A stretch of DNA of 63,820 bases, counting the filler, from Sphaerodactylus townsendi (taxonomy: Eukaryota), in NCBI RefSeq assembly GCF_021028975.2. It is 3 parts of 3 records of this genome, joined end to end, with 100 filler letters (N's around TTAATTAATTAA, not from the genome) between each part and the next. Parts side by side here need not be neighbours in the genome. Positions count along the whole stretch, not along the records: positions 1 to 16,229 come from NC_059433.1; 2 more parts are not named here. One strand, given 5' to 3'. Both the position numbers and the translations under genes were made by a program. The notes beneath the pieces are model-generated. The model searched no databases and was not told the origin of the DNA. It saw only the letters and a program-made list of their open reading frames with translations. Positions within the stretch are counted from its first letter, which is position 1. Every line of letters begins with the position of its first letter. Of the stretch, positions 1 through 13,620 are shown one piece after another.

Positions 1-509
1 GCAACTGAAACTACAAGCTATATTTGATTTGATTATTCTAAAACATTTCTTCAAATTACCTGGTGCTGGGGATTAAATTGGCTAGCTGGCTAATCCAATT
101 GCTGACCAGAATCCTAAATTCCTGGCCAGATAAGAGTTAAATATGTTCAAAACAATCTGAGATCTTCAGAAAAGCAGATGGAGAATCTGTGGCCATTTTA
201 ACTTGGCATGCTTATAGGCACACAGAATGAAATATTTTTCCAGAACAATGATGAAGTTAAATTACATTTGATATAGCATTGCCTCCAGGATTTCCTGTTA
301 TGTTCTTGGCTGCAGTTCCTTGCATGGCTTATTGCCCAGTTTCTGTGTACTGCCAATTTCCATACCCTAGCCAGAATGACATTTACCCCTAATCTAACCA
401 TATCCACAGTGCCATAATCTCAGATACAAGGGTTTTATCTTACAGGTGTGTAGCCAAAAATAGTCCTCCAAAAGGAAGAGAGTCTTAAAAGTCTATCTTT
501 GCTTTCTCT

Positions 510-905
510 GGTACCATGTACAGATGTGGAAGCTGGACAATGAAGAAACCTGATAGGAAGGAAATTGATTTGTTTGAAATGTGGTGCTGGAGGAGAGTTT
601 TATGGATACTGTGAACAGTAAAAAAAAAATAAGTGGGTTGTAGATCATATGAACTCTCCCTACAAGCTAAAATGACTAAATTGAAGCCATCATATTATGA
701 AAATACAAGAGTCATGGAAAAGACCATATAATACTAGGAAAAACTGAAAGCAGCTGAAAAAGAGGAAGACCCAACTTGTGATGGATTGACTTAATAAAGA
801 AACCATGGCTGGCAAATTTGCAAGTCTTGTTATTGGTATGACATTTAGGAAGTCATTAATTCCTAGGGTCACCATAAATTGGAAGCAACTTGATGGCACC
901 TAGCA
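510..905 (+). mobile_element. RTE/Bov-B-like LINE, decayed 3' end
   Basis: Degenerate translation CGSWTMKKPDRKEIDLFEMWCWRRVL resembles RTE C-termini; ends with GGGTCACCATAAATTGGAAGCAACTTGATGGCAC, an RTE-type 3' tail. Confidence 0.75.
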
Positions 906-1308
906 GATACATCTTAAATAGATATCTAAGTCAGTCACAGGAAAGAAAGACAATTTATTAATGGTCTTTTCTGCACATCAGAAACAAAACATTTTGCAGA
1001 TGTTTTAAAATGATCAGTTTGGAGTTTTTTGTTCTCTCTGCGCAGACAGCACAAGCGTTGCCAACCAAAACAACGTATTTTGTTTTCATTTCGAGGGGGA
1101 TGTCTGCGAAGCTACAACAACACAACATGAAAATTTGAAATATCCTGTCATCATAGCTTTGCAGACATCCTCCTCAAAACAAAAAAAGGAAAAAAGACAT
1201 GTGCTCAAGATCACTAGGCAAAACAAACTTTTTCATGTACCTTTTACAGTGAAATCACATGAAGATAAGATGCAAGCAGAGGAAATCTATGTGGAAAACC
1301 TTTTCCAG

Positions 1309-1933
1309 ATGGTGGAGGCAGGAGAATCTCTGCAGCAGCACACAGAGGCATAGATAGGCCAGAGTGCACCCGGTGCACACTCTGGCTTTTTTGCCCCCCC
1401 GTGCCCCCCACCCCCATGGCACCCCCCACCGCTCCCCACCCCACTTACTTTTAGGAAAGGAGCAGGCCGAAGAAGCCTGCCTGTGTTGCCTGGGCCTGGT
1501 GGGAACTACATTTCCCTGAAGCCGCTGGGAAATGTAGTTCCCACCAGACCCAGGCAACGCAGGCAGGCTTTTTCTCTGGGATGTTCCATTCCTAAAGAGT
1601 GATGATGAGAATCTTGCTCCTCAGGGAGTGTCCAGCATGGAGTGGCAAGGAATGCCGATGAAAAATTGGCCCAGAGAACCCTGAGGGGCTGCAGGGGGTG
1701 GGGGGATTTTTCTGCCCCACGTGACCAGAAGCGGTGTGCCTGGTGCGTTGCGCACCCCCCGCCCCCTGGTGATTTTGCCACTGGCAGCACACAAAATGGT
1801 GGGCACAACTATGAAATTGACAAGAGCTCAGTTGGTTGGCTCTGTTGCCTGCCATCCAAAGGAGCTCTTGTCAATTTCATAGTTGTGCCCACCATTTTGT
1901 GTGCTGCTGCAGAGATTCTCCTGCCTCCACCAT
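1309..1933. mobile_element. Palindromic foldback element (72-bp perfect arms) interrupted by a hAT-type MITE
   Basis: 1309-1342 plus 1792-1829 is the exact reverse complement of 1862-1933. Confidence 0.8.
1343..1783. mobile_element. Non-autonomous hAT-type element
   Basis: Ends CAGAGGCA...TGCCACTG; 8-bp TSD GCAGCACA at 1335-1342 and 1784-1791. Confidence 0.8.
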
Positions 1934-4900
1934 TTGGTGTGTCGGTGCATCACGCCCCCCTCCTCCAGTGCCACTGGCCCTCACTGATTTTAAATGAACT
2001 TAAACTGGTTCTGGTAGGTTTTCTGGGCTTCTCTATATAGAAATGTCATACTCGTTTTGTAGTTAGGCTTATTGTATTTTTTAGGTTATATATTTCTTGA
2101 TCATCTGCTGAGCCACAAAATAAAACACTTGCTTGATTTGACATCCCAATTTTTTCATCTGTACACTGTGAATGTCATCAAGATAACTTCAAACATCATC
2201 ACAAGTTCAGTCCTGCTGTTATTCTGATTTTCAAAGACACGGCCAATGACTTTCACATTCCCAGTCGATTTTTAAAGACTTATTTTATTTAAACAAATGA
2301 CTCTCATGCTGTCTTTGAAATTCCCATAAGTGCAAGGTTCTTTGGATTGAGTTCCAATGGAGAATGTCCTGTTTGTACATATATTTTATATGTTGTTCCC
2401 TATGAACTCCTCTTTTATAAAAACAAACCACTGCAGCTTTAGAGGAATACAGGATGCCAAGTTTTATTTGAAGCAGATGGCTCCAAGCTCTGTAGTCTGT
2501 TCATCAGTTTAGATTCACTGTTAAAAGTAAAGAAGACTCAAATACTCAAAGTTCCTGAAATATCTATGAGGAATATAAACCAGGAGAGCTGCTCCAAGTT
2601 ATTGTGATTTGAGTGACTGTTTTTGTAGCTTGTCACGTAAAGTATCTTCCACTTTACCTCTAGCCATGCAAACAGTCAGGGAGATCTTCCCAAAGTACAA
2701 AAGAACTCTTAAGCCAGTCTGTAGTACCCAGCAAAATTGACAGCTTCTGGAGAACTTGAAGAATGAGATTGTATATTTATGCCTCTTAAGAAGAAAAGTT
2801 TGTAGTTTATGCACTTGTCTATATACAATTTCACAAATAAAAAAGAATTTAAAAATATCTAGAGCCATTCCTATGTAATGCAGTTTCATGTAGAAGATTT
2901 TTAGCCTTCATCTCTCAAGTCTCAATCAATTTTGTTTTAACACTACTCCTACTCCAACCATTGGTATACCAACAACACTATCCTAACCAGAGTTACACCC
3001 CTCTGAGTTTATTGGCTTGGATCCTATGAATGAGTTTCATGCATAATCTCTACTCTGAAACATGCCTCTTGCTAAAACTTCAATTCACACAAAATTGATG
3101 GTTTTCAACAAGCCCATGTGTAAATATAATTTTTAGTGGAAGAAGAAGCTCTGCAGTAGAGACTATCAGGGCACTTGGAACTCATTCATAGAATGGAAGC
3201 CATTGACTTCAATGAATTTGGAAGGGTGTACAAGTCTGCTAACACAATTATATGATTAGTTTAAAGAATATATAATGATATCACCCACTACATAACATAC
3301 AATATGATTTTTCCCACCTTCATGTTGAATCTGTCACTGAGAATCATCCTGCAACCACAGCTGTTGAACATAATGGATAATTTTCACAGAAACATGTATG
3401 AGTCCCACTGAAGCCCTGCAGAACTTAATGGAAGTTGTATGGCTGTGGAATTTGTTGGACTCTAACCATCCTTTCCCAGTCAGTAAACATGTCCATCCAG
3501 TTTTGCTTATGAGAATGCAAAATCTAATTATACAGAGCAAGGATGCCCTAGCCATTACATTTCTTTCACAAAAAAATTCTTAGGGTTTTTTCTACATCTA
3601 AACCATGTGGCTTATTTACACAGTTGTTCACTAAAACCTCTTTTGATTGTGAGTTCTTTAGGAAATTTCTCCATTGTCCAAGTGCCTTTCAACCTAAATT
3701 TATACAGCTACCATTTGAAACCACTTGAAGTTCTTCCTATTAGCACTGATGTGAGTTACATCTTAGTTGTTGCAGGGTTAAACTGAAGACTAAATCCACA
3801 TTTATAGTACTTTCAAAAATTTGCAATGTTTTTGCACATGCAAAAATCTAATTAGATTAGCGACCATTAATGCCACTGAGAACTATTTCAGCAAACACTC
3901 AATAGTTGTATTTTTTTTAAAAAATACAGTATTTATTTATGATCAACTCAACAACTACATGCTGTGCAGAGAAGTGGTGCAGTGATAACAAGTGGAGGAA
4001 AACTGAGTTGGCCTGTACGAGAATGTCCATGCATGGAAAGCTGATTATGCTGTGCTGTACTTGCAGAAATGAATAGGGTGAAGCAACCTGCCGAACAGCC
4101 ATGAATGAGTCAATGAACAAATGCACAGGCCATTAAAACCTGCTCCTTGTTTTCATTTGACAAACAGGTCATGGGTCAAAGTGGCAAGTGCTCAAGCATC
4201 CATAGTGAAGCCTATCCATAATTTCTGTGTGGTAATTATTAATTCATTTTAACAAGTTACATCCTGTTCACTGGCCAGACTATACTACTGAGAATTGATA
4301 TCTCTAATGGACCTGTTTTTTCCTGTATGATGAATGATTGTCCAGAGAGCCTATTCCACAAAATATGGACAATGAATAGCCTGGGGAACAGGGGAGAAGT
4401 CATACAAGATAGCCTTTTCTCCCCTGCCATTTTGATGGAAAAGCCATCCATTCCAAGGTTTTTAAAAACCATTCCAAGGTTTTTAAAAATGTATTGGTCA
4501 TTCAGGCTTTTTGAAGACCATATAGCACACAGTCCTCAGTATTCTGACATATCTCATGATCTTCAGTGATTCTTATAGATCAGCCCTAAGCACAATTATA
4601 CCCTACTAACCCCCAAATGAGCTTTTTTGGTCATCAAATCACAAGTGACCTATGGTGACCTGTAGGAATTTCAGTGGGTTTAGAAGAGTTTAATTCTGTC
4701 TAGGATTGTACTTCTAGCTTTTAATAAACATTATATGATAGCAGCCTAAGTTCCATGAGGGAAATTCATGGGTTTAACCAGAGTTTCAGCTTTAAAAATT
4801 TACTCTAACAGGGGTCTGCAAATCTAAAAATTGTGAAAGTCTACAGAAATAGTTCAGGACATTTTTTTTTACATTTTAATGTCCCTGCACCTTTAGCTCT

Positions 4901-5054
4901 TATTTTCTTTCACAAAAGTTGATACTTGAATCCTATGCATATCATTTCTCCCAATGATGGCTACGCACCCACTAGCTGCAGTGCTGTAACTGATTTGGCA
5001 GAATGGAGTTGTTTTTCCTTTTAAAAAATGTTTTAAAATATTAATTATACTTAC

Positions 5055-5183
5055 CTTACTGGACTCTTAGGTATTCAGGAAACAAGACAATTCCAAGAAC
5101 ATTTCATTAAAAATCCAGGGGAGATCAATCTTAATCAGAACCTTCTGTGGATTCAGATTATAATTTAAAGAGATTCCAAAATG
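5055..5183 (-). other. Candidate non-coding exon (129 nt)
   Basis: Acceptor gtgtgcttttag| and strong donor AAG|gtaagt on - strand; stop codons in all three frames. Confidence 0.35.
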
Positions 5184-5965
5184 CTAAAAGCACACACAGC
5201 ACAGCCAAATCTGGATGCCATTTTCACTTAGGTTAAAGATTCATTATAGTATCTCTACAGGATAAAATTTCAGGGTTGGAAGCTTTGTTCTTCTGTCTTC
5301 TTTTAATTTAAAGTGATAGAAACCTGTTTTCAATTACTGTTTTGTGAACTAAAAATGTAGCACATTAAAGTGGTGTGAAAAGGGGGAGGATCTTTCCTGT
5401 ACAGCACTGTAAAATTAATACCCAGCACAACAACAGATTTTAAATAGCACTGCCCAAAATTGATTGTTTTTCTAACTCACTGGGATTTTCATAAAGAATC
5501 CCATAATTACATTAACCAAAGGTTGGTTCAAAGCAAAATGTGAAAAGTTGAGAGCTTGAGCAACTGGACACAAAAACAAAAGCAGATGGCTTGTGTAAAA
5601 TTTTGGAGATGAGCTTGGTTTTCCATCTTTTTAAATAGCAATCTGCCTGAAAGTAGGCCTAATTCACAGGTAGCCAGAAAGTGGTAGATTCTGTTCAGGC
5701 ATTGGCTACAGAAGAACTGGTGTTTTTCATCAGTTTTGCATGGTAAACTTGTGGCAGAAGACCATCTGTGTATGATGGAAAAATATTATTTTAAAACAAT
5801 TCTGCAGCTTTTTCATTTGAATTAGACAATTCATTTTTCTGTAGTCCAGACTATTATCTGACATAGATGAAATTTATACAAATTAGAATAAAAATGCTAA
5901 AAAGAATGCTTAGTCCATGTTCATCACAGAATAAGTTTCAAGTTATATTACATTCTCAATGAACA

Positions 5966-5986
5966 AACACACACACACACACACAC
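5966..5986. repeat. (CA)n microsatellite
   Basis: Seen directly. Confidence 0.95.
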
Positions 5987-7859
5987 TTTTTATTTTCATA
6001 TTTTAGTAGAGATGTTTGTTTTTATGGCATCTGTCCATTTAGTGGTGTACAAGGGATGTTAGGATGAATGGGGAGGGGAAATCTAATTTTTCCCTACCTT
6101 TCCCACCATGAGGCATCCATGAGGAGGTTGATGGGAAATACATGGGAAAATGGCACTACTGTGGTTCAAACCATTGAAGTGCAGGAAAATGCATACCATC
6201 CTTTCCAGATGGGGAAACATGCTTGGACTTCATTTTTCAGGAAAAAAACATAGTTGAACAAGTTTTGGAAAATGTGCTTTGGGGGACAATAAATCTGAAG
6301 ACAAGACACTGCCAAATAGATTTTTTTAAAAAAGCTCTAGTTTGGAAGTCAAGGTAGAGAAAAAAGTCTACATGGGAGCAGACAAAGGTTCAATTCAAAG
6401 AAAATATAAGTCAAAACAGAATGAGAATTTATGAGCCGAAACAAGAGGTCTATTAAAATTCAGTAGCATCCACATTTTAGAAATTTCAAGCTGAGCTGGT
6501 GGGGTAAGAGAAGGGGAAAGGAGACAGTGAGACAGAAATTGACAGAAATCTGTTCCAGGCAGCATAGTTTTTAAAAAGCTTTTAACAACAAAAGCCCCAA
6601 TGAAATAAATCTGTGTTTGCACCCCGCTGAAGCCCGCACTGTTTGGGTGACTACGCGGCCCCCACTCCGTTTCTTCGGCACCATATGCTGACCGAATCGC
6701 CTCCCGATGAGGAAATAGGAGGGATGTGGGAAGGAAAACCAGTCCACAGGTACCAGAACTCCACTGGTAAGCCTAAAAATGCCCTCTCAATGGCCTAGCT
6801 CCCTGAAAACAGCAAGCGCCAGTTCAGTTTGCTCCAGGCATCGAAGAAGGCTAGAGCAACTGCGTGCTGCCTAATATATAGGGAGCATGCTCCACCCCTT
6901 GCGCTTGTGTTTCAATGTGAACAGGCCGGGTGTGGCTTGGCTGCACAGCCCACCTAGGGCACTCATGCTCACTACTCCGCAGCTCACCATGTGCCCTGTT
7001 CCCTGTCGCAATTACGGCCTAGTTGATTCTAGTGCCGTTATTTCCAGTGTTTTCACCAGTCATTATTACTGGTCTTGGAAGTGTTTTCTCGATTGGATTT
7101 AAGCAGCAGCTACTCCAGTTACTTTGCATAGTACTGTTCCCATAGAGACTGTCTTTATAGTATACAGTTCTTGCAAATTGCACGGCTTTTGTATGATTAA
7201 TCTGTTTGTGACAGAGCTTGATTGATTTGTATTCTTGCTAGTATGTGTGAGAGTGCTACTATTCACTTAATGTAAGGTTGTCGCCCCTTTCTCTTAATAT
7301 TAACAATTCAAATCTATCTATTCTTTCTTCTTTTCTATTCTTTACTAGCAGTTGTTGGTGGCTTATATGTTTACTTCAGATTATACTTGTGTCTTACTCA
7401 TATTGAATGCACACAGATTAATGGTTTGCCTGTCTGCCTTTCTTGATATCACTCATTTCGGTGCACACAAACACACCTCGAAGTTGTGGCTTTGCCATAA
7501 CAACTGCCTTGTGGTGCTGAATGCAAGCATCTTCCCCTTCTGTATAGTTCTGTTTGCCTTTCTTATGGTGTCAAATACTTCCCTGTGCCTAATTTGTAAT
7601 ATTGGCAGCACCTTAATATGTATGAAACTCCCTGGCAGTTGATCTCTGGGGTCACAGACATGAAAGATCTTTCTGACATCTTGTACATGAAGATGATGGG
7701 GACTAAACCACAGCCTTTTCCTTTTCTATTATGCCTTTTGATGAGTGCTAAATGTCTGACTGCTCACCCTGTGAATGGGGATTTTATTTGCCTGTTAGGC
7801 AGATGGAACTCCAGTTTACTTGTTTAATAAAGTTTATATTGGCCCTTTCCCCACTTACC

Positions 7860-8680
7860 TTATGCCGCGCGCTTCTCTACGGAAGTACCGCGGGGTCACG
7901 CGGCACTCCCCACTACTGGGGCGGCGACAACGCAGCCGTTCCGATGCAGCCGCTCTCCCTCCTCCTTAATGCGCGGTTTTCCGCTCCTCTTGAAAACTGA
8001 GCTTTTTCGATAACCTCGCGGAGAGCGTGGGGTTGTGGGGAAGGGCGGGTGGTCACCCCGGGGTTTCAGACTTCCCGCCGCTCTGAGTGACGTGCCCCAT
8101 CCTGTCCAATCAGGCGAAGGCGGGGCGTGCGCACTGCGCGCGCATCGTCTTCTTCCCCCATTTTCTTTACCGGTAGCCAGGCGTCTGCTCACAGCCTTTT
8201 CATCTGCTCATTCTATCGAGTATTCGATTATTCGTTTATCTGCTTATTGCATTGATATTCGTTTATTCGTTTATTCGTTTATTCGTTCAATTGTGGATTT
8301 TAAAAAGTAAATGTCGAGTCCCCGCAAGGTTTTTACAACATTTACGGAATTGCAAAAGACGACTGTGCGTCGCGACTTGTGGGCGTGTCTTCCCCGCTCG
8401 TTTTTAAAAAGAATTGTTCAACTTCTGAGCCAGCGGACAGACCAATTGGAGTGCAGACCTGCCCTGCCCATCAACGGCACACGGACCAATCAGATTGGAG
8501 TGATTGGAGACCCACCCTGACCACCGAGTAGCGCGCGGCCGTGGGGGAATGCAAGATTTCTGATGCCGCGCTAGGTTCGCGGTTTTCAAAAGGTCTTCTG
8601 AAGGAGCCGCTGAGTGGGGACTGTGACTGCGCGCTCAAAAACTCCAGCGTTTTATGAAAATGGTAGGCCTGCGCATTATT
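7860..8680. promoter_or_regulatory. CpG island, probable bidirectional promoter
   Basis: CpG-dense in an AT-rich background; several CCAAT/ATTGG boxes (about 8106, 8443, 8486-8506), TGACGT (about 8088), GC box (about 8119), NRF1-like TGCGCACTGCGCGCGCA; donors AAG|gtaagt (- strand, 7859) and ATG|gtaggc (+ strand, 8662). Confidence 0.75.
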
Positions 8681-9929
8681 TTTAAAGTGGGGAAAGGGCC
8701 ATTATTATATAAAAATGTTAAAGGTTTTTTTGTTTGTTAACCAACTTGTTGAACTATTATAGTATAAATATCATGGCTTCACCTCCCACCCACAGGGGAA
8801 TTTTAGACTTCATTGCATAATGCTTTAACACTGTGTGCTATATTGAAGTGCTAGTATGATAGTTCCTGCTAATGTCTCTCCTGGGTACCCAAATCATAAC
8901 TTCCCCAAAGCAAGGAGCGTGTTCTGGCTTTCTTCTTCCTAAATGGAACAAGAGATGCTTTTGAAGAACCCTAAAGATATTACCACTGTTTGTGGGAATA
9001 TCCATATGAAAACTACTACCTCCAGCTTAGAATTCTTGGCTTGCAACCTCCCAACATTTTGTGATTGGCCACATTACAGCCATTTTGTGATGGTGGCCAC
9101 TACTTATTTTCAAAATCTTGAAAAATATGCATAGAGGAAAAGGAGGACAGTGGGATTATTGCAGAGGGCCTCAGCTCTTGTTGACGAGAGTTGAGAGTCA
9201 CAGCCATACTCACTGCCCTCCTTTCATCTCTCTTCTACTATGTTGTGAGAACTGCCCCCTTCCCACCTCAACAGACTGCTGTAGTTCTAGGTCAATTATT
9301 ACTGCTCAGGATCCATGCAAGATCATCAAAATGAATGGAGATTATAAAGCAGCCAGGCTTGGTGACTGAATCTTTTCCAGCAAATGTTCACTGTACATTT
9401 CAAACTGTGAAATTGCAGTACTAGGTTTGCACTTCAAACCATATAGATCTTTTGTAGTAGACAGCACAGAATTAGATCTTGTTTCTTAACAAGAAATTGA
9501 AGAGGCTGTATTCTATTATCCTCTATCACTCTTGCAAGATAACTCTTACAAGCTTAGAAAATATTTTAAACTGGAACTATACTATTATCTAGACAAGCAT
9601 TAATTAGACAAAAATCCTGAGGCTCTTACCCGTATAATTAGCTATCTAATTATTTTAAAGGCATAGAATCAAACTTTTAGTACAATTAATACAAGCACTA
9701 AGAATTGTAATTACTGCATCACTTGTCAAAACCAGCCTTTGCTTGGGAATGGTGAAGAGCGAATCACTTTGCTATTTCATATGCCTAAATGCTGGTATAA
9801 TATGGAGCAAGACAAAACCTTATAGTTTATGATCATAACTGAAACCACTTTGGACTATAAATGCTCTGATCAATTTATATTGTCAATTTAAAGAATGTGT
9901 GAGTCATAAATAAAGAACACAGCACGCCT

Positions 9930-10280
9930 ATTAGGTATGCACTGGCTTCAGATGGAATACTAGATCAAGTTCAAGGTGGTGGTACTGATATACAAAGCCC
10001 TAAACTGTCTGGGACCAACTTACCTTTGATATCGTCTCTCTTGCTACGTGCCCTGACAAATGCTCTGGTCACTGAGATGAGCAATAAGTTACTTATGGTC
10101 CCTGGCCAAAAGGAAGTCCAGCTGGCCTCAACCAGGGTCAGGGCTTTTTTGGCTCTGGTCCTGGTCTAGTGGAATGATCTGTCTGATGAGACCAGGGCCC
10201 TGTGGGATTTGGTGCAGTTTCGCAGGGCCTGCAAGACAGAGCTGTTCAACCAGGGATATGGTTGAGCCAGCAACAGCTGT
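9930..10280 (+). mobile_element. L2-like LINE 3' fragment
   Basis: Translation MHWLQMEY*IKFKVVVLIYKALNCLGPTYL resembles the LHWLP..RI.FK...KAL..P.YL motif of L2-clade ORF2 ends. Confidence 0.7.
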
Positions 10281-11964
10281 CTATGCTGGCCTTTCCCCTT
10301 CCCATCCACTGGCCACTAATGTCCTACCACCTCCTCTATTAGGAGGATTTCTTCCATCATTTTCTTTGTGGTAATCTTGAGCTCAGTGATAGGGTTGCCA
10401 TTTGAGTTAATTGTAGTATAGATTTGAAACTGAGTTATTGTTTTTAAGGTTTATAGTATTATGTTTTATTGTTTGGATATTGTTGTGAACCTTCCCGAGT
10501 CTGGAAGGGGAGAGGCTGTATAGAAATCTAATAAATAATTATGATGATGTATAGTAGATAGGTTTAATTAAAGGATACATGCTGCAGATGCCTGCAAAAA
10601 TCACTCTTGCCAAAGCAAAATAATCCCCTCGTCTTCCTCACTTCACCCTCACAGTAGTAATTTCCTCACTAGGCTAACAGAGGTGAACATTTTCTAACAG
10701 CGGCTTTGCTATATGTAATTGTCACCTGAGTTACAGGCTCTGAGGCAACTGGGACCTAACGGATCTAAATATTCATTTGAGTCCAACTAGTACACACATC
10801 AACTACAAAGTTAAAAAAATATCTATATATGGCTACAGCTGGGTTATTGTAAAAGCACACACATCTTCACAGACCCTATTTCATGTTAGCCTACCTTCTC
10901 AGGTAAGGTGAGGCACATAAACTTTTCAGTGGCAGTTCATGGCTATGAAAAATGCTTCCTTTTCTTTTTCCCGGTGCCATAACTATCAGGCAGACATTCT
11001 ATTTCCTTTCTACACTCTCAGAAGGAAGAGCAGAAGGAAATACATTTTTTACAGTTTTTGACACCATACAGATTAGCAGGTTAGCACCATACAGATTTGT
11101 TTGAAGAATGTATAGGTCCAGAGTGCAATACTATTGGGGTTATTGTAATTCACCAAACTCTTCTTTGCTGATTACACAGGGGCTGATTACACAGGATCTT
11201 CTGATTCTTACAGTTTCCTTTATATGGTACAGAATTTCTATAAGGAGGAGAGTTCTATCACATTTTAATTTAGCTTTTTTCCAATGATTGAAGAGCTATA
11301 CTTATGGTTTTTCCATGTTCAGTTTATCCTCACAAATAGGGTTGCCAAATCAGTGTTGGAAAAATTCCTGACACTTTTAGTGTGGAACTTGGGGAGGATG
11401 GGGTATTATATCATAAAGTCTAGGAGAACTGAGCTCTAGCAGAACTTATCTCTGTAGACTGGAGATCAATTGTAACTCCAGGAGATCTCCAGGAGGCAGG
11501 TAACCCTACTCACAAGACAGATGAATTGAGCTAAGAAAGGAGATGGGTTCAACATTACCCAATGAGAGCCATGGAAAAGTGGTAGCATTGCCAATAGGCT
11601 TGGATAAAATGCCCAGCTCTTTTAATAGAGGCATAATGTATAGAAATGGGCAGCTGGAACTTGCTATGGCATAGAGGTGAATGATATCTTGAACTGGAAA
11701 TTGGTAGTGAGTAACCATATGGGGATTTGAACCCAAGTCAATTATGTCCTACTCTGAAATGATAATTTTATTATTTATTCAGATTATTCTGCTTTATTTA
11801 AAATATTTATGTAACACCCATTCAGAGACACTTTTAAGGCTGCTTGCAACAGCTCCCACTCCCTGAAGAGAGACAGAGGCACAATGGAAGGGGGGGGTAT
11901 TGCTTGGGGGTTGTATGTTTGATAGATGCTGATGGCCTAGGCACTCCCCACTAGGCTTGGAGGT

Positions 11965-13520
11965 TTGGATGCACTAAATCCCAGATTCGGCCTGAATCTG
12001 GGAGCAATCGGGCATTTTCCCTGCCTGAACACGAAAGAATCCGAATTCAAGGCATTCAGGTTTTTTTGGGGTATTTTGGTGTTTTTTGCATTTTGGCCTG
12101 CAGGGGTGCATTTTTAAAGCTAGTGGCACTGAAATTTCAGGGTCTCATCCGGATACCGTCCCAATGATGTCATCTAAGTTTGGGTCTCCTGAAGTTACCC
12201 TGCAATTCTGATGCCACTAGCTTTAACAATCCACCCCCTACAGGCTGAACCCCCGCCCAAATCTAAAAATATAAAAAAATCAGATGGACCCAAATTATTT
12301 GGGATACCCGAATATATTTGGGTATATCAAATATGGTATTTGACTTATTCATGCATCCCTACTGTGAAACTGCAAAGCTATTGGGCAGGGTGTTCATGTT
12401 GATGATCAAACAATGATGAGTTCTTCCAACAAGGTGACTTGAATCTTGTGTGAGCAATCCAGTGAAAGTAATTTTAGCTGACAGGTGGGCCAAAGTTATG
12501 GACCCCCAAAGGTGGTGCCCCCATTGTTTCCAATGGGAGCTAACAGAAGATGGGGCTATCTCTTTGAGGGTCCATAACGTTGGACCCCCTGAACCAAACT
12601 TCACCAAACTGGTATCATCAGGACGGTCTCTGGATGAGACCCTGAAATGTTGGTGCCAGTAACTTTAAAAATGCATCCCTGACAGGCTTGGGAAAGAAAA
12701 ATGATGTGGGCACCCAATTGAAGGTGAACCTGATGCCCATGGAATGAGTGTCCAGCCATCCAAACTTTAGCAAAGCAAAGTTCCTTTCAGGAAACTCACA
12801 CCACCATCCTGCAAGAAATTAGGTGCCCCTACCCAGAACAATCCCCTCCCCAGAATCCTCCCCAAATCTCCAGCACACAGCCAACTGGGCATAACAGCAA
12901 GCCCCATTGAAGCCTATGGAGGAAAAGTTAATTAATTTTCCCCACCATAGAACTTGCTGAAGAGCCTGGCAGATTCTGTGATCTGCAGTGGCTCCATTGT
13001 ACCCAATGGGGAATTTCTTTGCAGGTTGCACATTTTTGAAGATAGAGGCATCAGACTTTCAAGGTGGCTCCAGGAAACTCCTGATAATAGCAACTAGTCT
13101 TGGTGAATTTTGTTTCTGGGGGCAGTGAGGATGCAGGCTGAGATAGTTCTGAATGAACTCAGCCAGCAGGCTTCATGTGTAGGAATGGGGAAACAAAATA
13201 AGCCTTTTGAGGGCCCATAAAATTGAACCCCCAGAAGCAAAGTTCACCAAACCTGTATGCTATTACCAGGAGGACCTCCTGGAGACACCTTGAAAGTCTG
13301 GTGCTTCTATTGTCAAAAATGTGCAGCCTGCACAGACATTTCCCATTAGGTACAATGGAGCCAAGGCACTGCAGAGCAGAGAATCTGGACTAATTTCTTG
13401 CGGTGCCTGTCAGGGGCGCATTTTTAAAGCTACTGGCAGCAAAATTTCAGAGTCTCATCCATTATGGACCCTCAAAGGGGTAGCCCCCATCTCCTGATGG
13501 CTCCCACTGGAAACAATAAG
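11965..13520. mobile_element. Cluster of non-autonomous DNA-transposon fragments (family with CCCCCTGAACCAAACTTCACCAAAC / CCATTGTTTCCAATGGGAG units)
   Basis: Same internal units recur at 30055-30660 and 43590-44793; boundaries approximate. Confidence 0.65.
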
Positions 13521-13620
13521 GCTTCTTAACTGAAAATGAAGTTGGAAAGGATATTGCAAGAGACACGTGTATTTTATTAGTTGTTATACCATATTTTTGT
13601 TATTGCTGATTTTTGATGTA

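Noticed and set aside
1784-1805. miR-15/16-like sequence GCAGCACACAAAATGGT
   Set aside because: Lies in a perfect transposon foldback and does not match the mature TAGCAGCAC start
6620-7830. Possible LTR/ERV or second promoter left of the CpG island
   Set aside because: No termini, TSD, primer-binding site or coding motif could be identified
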